From contig CAWCPV010000004.1 of the NCBI GenBank assembly GCA_963797555.1, forward strand, positions 160,001 through 224,000: DNA of 64,000 nt, written 5' to 3'. Of this stretch, positions 57,216-64,000 are shown piece by piece. The position numbers and the translations under genes were made by a program. The stretch comes from an uncultured Gammaproteobacteria bacterium (GTDB lineage Bacteria > Pseudomonadota > Gammaproteobacteria > CAWCPV01). Each line of letters begins with the position of its first letter. Position 1 is the stretch's first letter. The notes beneath the pieces were generated by a model. The model was not told where the DNA came from. It made no database searches and saw only the letters and a program-made list of their open reading frames with translations.

Positions 57216-57594
57216 CGACCCTTAGGGCGGGCTTCTTGGATGGCTGCTTGGGGTCCGAGGGAGGCGACTCGGGCGGCTTGCCACCTCCCTCCTCGCCGAA
57301 CACCATGCCCTGACCGTTCTCGCGCGCATAGATGGCCAGCGCCGCCTGCACGGGCACGCGCACGTGTGTGGCGACGCCGCCGAAACGCGCATCGAACTCC
57401 ACCCAGTCGTTGCCCAGATCCAAGCCTCGCACGGCAGTGGGGCTCAAGTTGAAGATAACGCGGCCGCCGTGGACGTGCTGCTGGGGAACTTCCGCCCCCT
57501 GGGACTGCGCATCGACCAGCAGGTGGGGAGTATAGCCATTGTCCACGATCCACTCATGGATGGCGCGTAGGAGATAGGGGCGACTGGATGTCAT
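57208..57594 (-). CDS. sspB: ClpXP specificity factor SspB
   Basis: MTSSRPYLLRAIHEWIVDN, ARFGG, IYARENGQG and C-terminal LRVVK. Confidence 0.96.
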   Translation of the reverse strand: MTSSRPYLLRAIHEWIVDNGYTPHLLVDAQSQGAEVPQQHVHGGRVIFNLSPTAVRGLDLGNDWVEFDARFGGVATHVRVPVQAALAIYARENGQGMVFGEEGGGKPPESPPSDPKQPSKKPALRVVK

Positions 57595-57608
57595 CCCACC
57601 CTTCACCT

Positions 57609-58238
57609 TCACCTCAGGTCCTCCAGCCCGCCCATGGCGCGCTCAGCAGGGGTGAGACTCGCTTGAAACGACGCGCGCCCGAACAGCCGCTCGCCGTAGG
57701 CGAGGACAGCTCCCGCCTCGCGTCCCAACGAAACCCGGTAGTGTCCGAGGCGCCAGAGTACTGGCGCGACGTAACAATCCGCGAGCGACAACTCGTCGCT
57801 CAGGAGGAATCCCCTCTTGGCGAACAGCGGTGCCACCACACCTACGCTGTTCGCTAGCTCTCGGCGTAAGCCCAACTCCCCCCCGCCCAGACGCGCCAGA
57901 TCCTCCATCAGCGTGTACCACTCTTGGTCGACACGCTGGATGATGAGACGCACGGTAGCCCGCCCAACGGGGTCCACGGGCATCAGAGGCGGATGAGGAT
58001 AGCGTTCGTCCAGGTACTCGATGATCACGCGGGCATCGGACAGGACGAGTTCGCGATCCACGAGAGTGGGCGCGGCGTCGTAGGGAGAGGTATCCTGTCC
58101 GCAGGCGACCTCGCCGAGGTCCACGACCTCCGCCGCAATGCCCTTCTCGGCCAGCACAATCCGCGCGCTGTGGCTGCGCAGGCAGATCTGCCGCGAATAC
58201 AGCGTTGTGCCGGCCCGTCGGGCAGGAGCTACTCGCAT
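57609..58238 (-). CDS. sspA: Stringent starvation protein A (GST-like)
   Basis: SH..RIVLAEK, PTLVDREL and EYLDERYPHPPLMPVDP motifs. Confidence 0.92.
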   Translation of the reverse strand: MRVAPARRAGTTLYSRQICLRSHSARIVLAEKGIAAEVVDLGEVACGQDTSPYDAAPTLVDRELVLSDARVIIEYLDERYPHPPLMPVDPVGRATVRLIIQRVDQEWYTLMEDLARLGGGELGLRRELANSVGVVAPLFAKRGFLLSDELSLADCYVAPVLWRLGHYRVSLGREAGAVLAYGERLFGRASFQASLTPAERAMGGLEDLR

Positions 58239-58380
58239 CCGCTGGGACCTCGCAGATCAGGAGCCGAAGCCCACAGGCACGCCGCTCTGACCGGCGGGCG
58301 GCGCGACGCGCATCGCACAGCCGCGCCCATGCCTCGGAGCCTACACCCTTGCAAGACCCCCGGGCCTGCTATCCGGTTCT

Positions 58381-59120
58381 TCAGTGGACGTTTTCCAGTA
58401 TTCCCGCTTCATGGCATAGGCCACGAGCAGGAACACGCCGAGATAGAGGAGCACCCACGGTCCCACTCGCTGCCGTTCGAGCTTCGCGGGCTCTCCGACG
58501 TAGGCGAGAAAGCTCACCAGATCGCGTACCGCGCGATCATACTGCTCCGGAGACATCTCCCCGGGACGAACCAACTCCAGGCGCTCGACCACCTTCTCTT
58601 CCACACCCTCGGCATTCTTGAAGGTCTTGTATACGGGCTTCTGCCACCCTTGCAGTTCGGCGAGACACGCGGGCATAGCCGTATCCTTGAACACCAAGTT
58701 GTTCACGCCGAACGGCCGCGCGTCGTCCAGGTAGAAGGTACGCAAGTAAGTGTATAGCCAATCCACCCCGCGGGCACGCGCAATCACCGACAGATCCGGC
58801 GGCGCGACGCCGAACCACTGCACAGCATCGTTGGGGCGCATCGCCACGGTCATAGTCTCACCCACCTTGTCGGCGGCGAACATCAGGTTCTCACGGAGCT
58901 GCTCGTCAGTCAGTCCCAGGTCGTGGCCCACCCGGTTGAAGCGCATGTACTGCGCGGAGTGGCAGCTCAGACAGTAGTTGACGAAATACTTGGCCCCACG
59001 CTGCAGGGAAGCGATGTTGCCGAGGTCGACGTTTGCGCTGTCCAGCTCCATGTACGCTTCCGAGGCAAAGGCCAAGACGGGCGAGACGGCGAGTGCGAAG
59101 ACGGCGAGGAGTTTTCTCAT
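58381..59120 (-). CDS. petC: Cytochrome c1 (bc1 complex); likely 1-nt homopolymer loss at the C-terminus
   Basis: SLQRGAKYFVNYCLSCHS, PPDLS and YVGEP motifs; KREYWK followed by an out-of-frame VH* at 58381 (ORF track runs on to 58341). Confidence 0.93.
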
Positions 59121-60343
59121 TTGGACGTCACTCTTTCCGGAACCGGCTTGGTCTTGTCCAGCTTGGTATAGATAGGCATCAGCAAGAAGAAGGCGAAATA
59201 GAGCGACGAGAACAGCCGTGCGAACAAGGTCATGGCTGGCGTCGGGGGCTGCGTGCCCAGATAGCCCAGGGCCACGAAGCTGACCGCGAATACCGCGAGC
59301 GGACCCTTGAAGAGTACGCCGCGGTAGCGGATGGACTTCACGGGACTGCGGTCCAGCCAGGGCAGGAGGACCAGCAGGAAGATGGCCGCCCCCATCGCCG
59401 TGACCCCCAAAAACTTGTCCGGCACCGCCCGCAGAATGGCGTAGAACGGCGTGAAGTACCACAAGGGGACGATGTGCTGGGGTGTCTTGAGCTGGTCCGC
59501 CGGAATGAAGTTGTTCGCCTCCAGGAACCAGCCCTTCATCTCCGGAAGGAAGAACACGACGAACGAGAAAATCATCAAGAATACCGCCACCCCGACCGTA
59601 TCCTTCACCGTGTAGTAGGGATGGAACGGGATGCCGTCCAGGGGGATGCCGCGCTCGTCCTTTTTCTTCTTGATCTCGACGCCATCCGGGTTGTTGGACC
59701 CCACCTCGTGCAGCGCCATGATGTGCAGTACCACGAGCACCAGTAGGACCAAGGGGACGAAGGCCACGTGGAAGGCGAAGAACCGGTTGAGGGTGGCGTC
59801 GGAGACGACGAAGTCCCCGCGGATCCACGTCGCGAGGGCCTCGCCGACGTAGGGGATGGCCCCGAACAGCGAGATGATCACCTGCGCGCCCCAATAGGAC
59901 ATCTGTCCCCACGGCAACAGATAGCCCATGAAGGACTCGGCCATGAGCGCGAGATAGATGAACATCCCGAGGATCCAGATCAGCTCGCGTGGCCCTTTGT
60001 AGGAGCCGTACATCAGCCCCCGGAACATGTGCAGGTACACGACGATGAAGAAGAACGAGGCTCCGGCCGAGTGGAGGTACCGGATGAGCCAGCCCCAGTT
60101 CACGTCCCGCATGATGTACTCCACCGAGCCGAAGGCGAGCTGGGCGTCGGGCTTGTAGTTCATGGTCAAGAAAACCCCGGTGAGGATCTGCATGACCAGG
60201 ACCAGCAGCGCCAGGGAGCCGAAGTAATACCAAAAATTGAAGTTCTTGGGGGCGTAATACTGCGCCATGTGCTCGTCCCACAGTTTGGTGAGCGGGAAGC
60301 GGGCATCGATCCAGGACAACAGGCCGGTCGTCGTCTTACTCAT
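59117..60343 (-). CDS. petB: Cytochrome b (bc1 complex)
   Basis: YYAPKNFNFWY, RYLHS.GAS, LPWGQMSYWG, TLNRFFAFH and HIVPLWYF motifs. Confidence 0.96.
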   Translation of the reverse strand: MSKTTTGLLSWIDARFPLTKLWDEHMAQYYAPKNFNFWYYFGSLALLVLVMQILTGVFLTMNYKPDAQLAFGSVEYIMRDVNWGWLIRYLHSAGASFFFIVVYLHMFRGLMYGSYKGPRELIWILGMFIYLALMAESFMGYLLPWGQMSYWGAQVIISLFGAIPYVGEALATWIRGDFVVSDATLNRFFAFHVAFVPLVLLVLVVLHIMALHEVGSNNPDGVEIKKKKDERGIPLDGIPFHPYYTVKDTVGVAVFLMIFSFVVFFLPEMKGWFLEANNFIPADQLKTPQHIVPLWYFTPFYAILRAVPDKFLGVTAMGAAIFLLVLLPWLDRSPVKSIRYRGVLFKGPLAVFAVSFVALGYLGTQPPTPAMTLFARLFSSLYFAFFLLMPIYTKLDKTKPVPERVTSK

Positions 60344-60942
60344 CAGGCGGCTCCTTCATGATCCGCGCCGATTATCAAGCGGGTGTCAGTCAGGTATTGA
60401 TGGCGCGGGATGACGAGATTCAGGGGAGCGGGCACCCCGTTGTACACTCGACCCGCCAAGTCGAAGCGCGACCCGTGACAGGGGCAGAAGAAACCGCCGA
60501 GCCACTGGGGCCCGAGGTCCGGGGGGGCGAGGTCGGGGCGGAATGTGGGCGAGCACCCCAGGTGCGTACAGATGCCGACCGCCACGAAGGTATGGGGTTT
60601 GATCGAACGCGGAATATTCTTGCAGTACGGTGGCTGCTGCGGCTCCTCGGAGAACGGATCGCGCAGCTGATTGTTGAGCTTGGGCAAGTCCGTCAATTCC
60701 TGCTCGGTGCGGCGCAGTATCCACACCGGCTTTCCGCGCCACTCTATAGTGATGAGCTGGCCCGGCTCGATCTTGCTGATGTCCGCCTCCACCGGTGCGC
60801 CGGCCGCCTGGGCGCGCGCGCTCGGCCTCATCGAAGAGACGAACGGGACGGCCGCCATCACCACGCCGGCACCGCCCACTACCGTTGCGGTCGCGGTCAG
60901 GAAGCGGCGCCTCTTGCGATCGACATCATCTGTGCTCATCAA
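60343..60942 (-). CDS. petA: Rieske iron-sulfur subunit (bc1 complex)
   Basis: Tat motif RRRFL, CTHLGC and CPCHGS. Confidence 0.97.
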   Translation of the reverse strand: MMSTDDVDRKRRRFLTATATVVGGAGVVMAAVPFVSSMRPSARAQAAGAPVEADISKIEPGQLITIEWRGKPVWILRRTEQELTDLPKLNNQLRDPFSEEPQQPPYCKNIPRSIKPHTFVAVGICTHLGCSPTFRPDLAPPDLGPQWLGGFFCPCHGSRFDLAGRVYNGVPAPLNLVIPRHQYLTDTRLIIGADHEGAA

Positions 60943-61103
60943 GGCTCTCCCAAGCTTAGGCGTGGAACCATGCCGGCTGTCCGACGGTGAATTAGAATAT
61001 CGTCACCTGGAAATATGCCCCAAAAATCCTGTCATGATACCGAAGGCACCCGCGTTCGTCATCCCGAACGTACCGCCACCTGCCTGCTCAGTGCGCGTAA
61101 GCT

Positions 61104-61112
61104 TGATATAAT
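61104..61112 (+). promoter_or_regulatory. Extended -10 promoter (TGATATAAT) pointing toward the USP-TauE operon
   Basis: Perfect TGnTATAAT in the petA/USP divergent intergenic region. Confidence 0.55.
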
Positions 61113-61170
61113 GCTCAGCTTGCCGGATGGGCCATCGCGCTCGTTCCATCCCGAACGAGCCTCCGCTTCA

Positions 61171-61379
61171 GCGCTTGTGGAAAAATCGTGGCGACCGGCC
61201 GGAGAGCGAGGCGCACCGAGCGCAGTGACCAAACATATCCCGATTAGGCGAGGTGCGACCGAAACGATAGCCATTCGGCACGTCCGCAGGACGCCCCGAA
61301 GGGGTGGCGTACAGGGAGGTACGCCATGACCGCCGCGCAACGCCGCTGTCGGGATGCGCAGCAGATGTTTCCCATGCTC
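61171..61379 (-). mobile_element. Long-form MITE (209 bp) with nested hairpin module
   Basis: Colinear with the 46075 copy; TCA duplicated at 61168-70 and 61380-82; module at 61259-61330. Confidence 0.88.
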
Positions 61380-61407
61380 TCACCTCTTTCGGCGGAGCCC
61401 CATACAC

Positions 61408-61932
61408 ATGAACAGTGAACCCTCTGGAGTGGTCCTGGTCGCTATCGATGGCTCCCAGAACTCGATGCTGGCCGCCGGCGTGGGCGCGCGTATGGCCAAT
61501 ATGCTGGGCGCCCGTCTGCGCCTCATCCATGTCCTAGACGTGCCGCCGCTGAGCTTCTGGGTCGGCGTCGCGACCCGCATGAAGGAGGACATCCGGGCAC
61601 AGGCGGAGATCACCCTGACGCACATCTCAGGCAGGATCGGGGCAGTATGCGAGGTCGTGCCTGAGTACTCCATCGTGGAGGGCATCCCTGAAGAGGAGAT
61701 CCTCAGAGTCGTGAAGGAAGATCATACGATCCTCATGGTAGTGGCCGGTCGCCACGGCATAGCCACCGAGAAGCATTCCACCTTGTCGCTGCGGCGCATG
61801 GGGCACCTCACGGAGAAACTCGCGATGCAGTTGCCGGTTCCGGTAGTCGTCGTTCCCCACGACATACCTGCCTCCCATATCTGTCCGGCTGTGCAGGAAT
61901 TCGGCACGTCGGCCCAGCAGTGGACCCCCTGA
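61408..61932 (+). CDS. Universal stress protein
   Basis: VLVAIDGSQNS, LIHVLD, VEGIPEEEIL and LPVPVVVVP motifs. Confidence 0.88.
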   Translation: MNSEPSGVVLVAIDGSQNSMLAAGVGARMANMLGARLRLIHVLDVPPLSFWVGVATRMKEDIRAQAEITLTHISGRIGAVCEVVPEYSIVEGIPEEEILRVVKEDHTILMVVAGRHGIATEKHSTLSLRRMGHLTEKLAMQLPVPVVVVPHDIPASHICPAVQEFGTSAQQWTP

Positions 61933-61964
61933 CATCCGCCCTCGCTGACGTTCGGGATCGGAAC

Positions 61965-62900
61965 GTGGACATTTTCTTGCCCATCGCGCACATGGACGTG
62001 AACGTGGTCCTCATCTTACTCTTCGGGGGAATCGTCGGGTTCTTGTCCGGTCTGGTGGGTGTCGGTGGAGGATTCCTGATCACACCGCTGCTCATCTTTA
62101 CGGGCGTCCCGGCCATTGTCGCCGTGGCGACCGGCTCCGCTCAGATCGCCGGTACCTCTGCCAGTGGCACCTACGCTCACTGGCGGCTCGGCAACGTGGA
62201 CTTCAAGATGGGGCTGTTTCTATTGGCGGGCAGTTGGCTCGGTGGAGGCGCTGGGGTGTACGTGGCCCGGCTGCTCCAGCAGAGCGGCCAATTCGGAAAC
62301 ATCGTCACCTTCCTCTACGTGGTGCTCCTCGGATTCATCGGCGTCTCCATGCTGTTCGAGTCGCTCGGCGCCGTGCTTCGCAGCGGAGCCGGCATGGCCA
62401 GCGCGGAGCCCGACGATGGCAGCCTCGGCGCTCGTCTTGCTGGTCTCGCCCAGCGCTTGCCGGGCCAGACCGCGTTTCCCACCTCGGGCCTGCACACTTC
62501 GTTCCTGGTGCCCATCGTCGTTGGCGGCGGGGTGGGCATCCTGACCTCGCTCATGGGAGTCGGGGGCGGCTTCGTGATGGTTCCGGTCATGATTTACCTA
62601 TTGAAGATGCCCACTAGGGTAGTGGTCGGCACTTCGCTATTCCAGCTTCTGTTCACCACGGCGGCGGTGAGCGTGATGCAAGCCGGGGTCAATCACGCGG
62701 TGGACCCGTTTCTCGCGCTCATCCTGATCTTCGGGTCTGCGTTCGGGACCCAGTGGGGCACGCAGCTCGGCATGAAGCTGCCGGCCGAGCGGTTACGCCT
62801 CGTGCTGGCGTTGGTGGTGGTAGCCGTGGCGGTGAAGATGGTCATCGACCTGCTGTTAGCCCCCGCGGAGGTCTACAGCCTGGTCCGGGTGGTGCGGTGA
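61965..62900 (+). CDS. TauE/SafE (TSUP) family membrane transporter
   Basis: IFLPIAHM, GFLSGLVGVGGGFLITP and MGVGGGFVMVP...VVGTSLFQ motifs. Confidence 0.92.
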   Translation: MDIFLPIAHMDVNVVLILLFGGIVGFLSGLVGVGGGFLITPLLIFTGVPAIVAVATGSAQIAGTSASGTYAHWRLGNVDFKMGLFLLAGSWLGGGAGVYVARLLQQSGQFGNIVTFLYVVLLGFIGVSMLFESLGAVLRSGAGMASAEPDDGSLGARLAGLAQRLPGQTAFPTSGLHTSFLVPIVVGGGVGILTSLMGVGGGFVMVPVMIYLLKMPTRVVVGTSLFQLLFTTAAVSVMQAGVNHAVDPFLALILIFGSAFGTQWGTQLGMKLPAERLRLVLALVVVAVAVKMVIDLLLAPAEVYSLVRVVR

Positions 62901-63655
62901 GCGTGCGCGCCATCGTTGCCCTGCTCCTGGCGGCGCTCCCGCAGGGCATGCCGCCCCGGGCGCTGGCCGAGGAGGCGTTGGTGACCCGCCTCGAAGTGGA
63001 CCACGTCGACATCACCAGCCAGTTCGCCGGACAGCAACTCCTGCTGTTCGGCTCGGTATCGCGCGGGTGCGACGTGATCATCAAGCTCGTTTCGCCCGAG
63101 CAGGTGGTCGCCCTGTCGCACAAGGTCAAGGTCGGGCCCGTGTGGCTGGACCGTGGCCACATGACCGTGAGAGGCACCCCCGGGCTGATGTATCTGCTCT
63201 CCTCCCAACCCGTCGGGAGTCTGCTGAGCCCGGCCGAGCGGGCGCGATACGGGCTGCGGCTCGAGGACGCGTTGGCCGGCGCGAAGGTGCACTCGACGCA
63301 CGCGGTCACGGAGGACTGGCATTCGGCCTTCCTGCGCCTCAAGGACCAGAAAGGCTACTACGTCGAGGAGGGGCGAGCGGTCACCGTGGACAAAGGCCGG
63401 CTGTTCTTCACCAACATCACCCTGCCCCCCAAGCTGCCGATGGGCGACTATGATGTCGATATTTACAGCGTGCGGAACGGGAAGGTCGTCCGTCATGACA
63501 CGAACCGGCTGGACGTACGGGAGGTACGACTGGAGCATTGGGTCGACAGTATCGCCCACGGCTACCCGTGGACGTTCGGCAGCGTCTTCACCGCCGGGGT
63601 CATGGTGCTCGGGCTCGCCCTCGGCATGATCCTCAGGCGCAAGCGCGGAGCCTAG
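62897..63655 (+). CDS. TIGR02186 family membrane-anchored protein
   Basis: VDITSQFAGQQLLLFG, KVKVGPVWL and LFFTNITLP...GDY motifs, C-terminal TM; coupled to TauE. Confidence 0.85.
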   Translation: MSVRAIVALLLAALPQGMPPRALAEEALVTRLEVDHVDITSQFAGQQLLLFGSVSRGCDVIIKLVSPEQVVALSHKVKVGPVWLDRGHMTVRGTPGLMYLLSSQPVGSLLSPAERARYGLRLEDALAGAKVHSTHAVTEDWHSAFLRLKDQKGYYVEEGRAVTVDKGRLFFTNITLPPKLPMGDYDVDIYSVRNGKVVRHDTNRLDVREVRLEHWVDSIAHGYPWTFGSVFTAGVMVLGLALGMILRRKRGA

Positions 63656-64000
63656 CCCCGAGCGCACTCGCCGCCCCGGACGACAGCGCGCGGTATGGGC
63701 CGCAGCAGCGGGAAGCCGGAGCCGGACGGCCGCCGCGAGAGCGACCTGTCTGGGGACCCACATACCGAGCACTGTACTCCGCACACTTGGCTCTTGGGCC
63801 GCCGCCCGAGTCGGCAACTCAGCCCCCGTACTGCCGGGCGCATCTGACTCAGCGCACCGGCGCGCAACAGGCGCGAAGCACAGCGCGCGGCTCCTGCGAC
63901 CCAACGATGGAACCGGCGGGCGTCCGGGCTCGCTCCACCTTCGCTGGCTTCGACTACACTTGTCGCATTCGGGGGAATGACAACGCCGGCGCCTTGCGGA

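Noticed and set aside
58341-60281. 646-aa ORF suggesting a long N-terminal extension or fusion on cytochrome c1
   Set aside because: The extension is an alternate frame of petB; petC starts at ATG 59120 with a signal peptide.
63656-64000. Terminal 345 bp
   Set aside because: No recognisable gene, RNA or repeat; truncated by the window edge.

Overview
High-GC gammaproteobacterial chromosome segment, mostly housekeeping. In order: dsbC; a group 3b (sulfhydrogenase-type) [NiFe]-hydrogenase operon with its protease; hflD-mnmA-nudJ-rluE; icd; clpSA; purMN/DUF3108; hda; wrbA; pilBCD-coaE-zapD...yacG; the fimT-pilVWXY1E minor-pilin locus; hemL-glcF-coq7; speD; a TPP riboswitch with thiC; pcm-tolC; the rsmI/lpoA-yraN-gmhA-BON cluster; glcD; sspAB; petABC; USP-TauE-TIGR02186. 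Many conserved genes carry single-base frameshifts, which look like long-read consensus errors. The most striking unannotated signal is a dispersed family of non-autonomous inverted-repeat elements (MITEs) with 17-bp TIRs and TGA/TCA target duplications, present as 5 full-length copies plus about 3 fragments. One young 141-bp copy knocks out a VapC toxin. A longer (~210 bp) variant carries a nested four-hairpin module with a near-perfect CsrA/RsmA-binding stem-loop, and one such copy lies in the predicted leader of the USP-TauE operon. Other points: a DUF1640/CCDC90 gene with an expanded 33-bp repeat sits inside a decayed gene that separates zapD from yacG, and PilY1 carries a PA14 lectin-like domain. 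No CRISPR array, rRNA, tRNA or transposase was found. Family calls come from motif recognition; no database search was run, so novelty is unverified.
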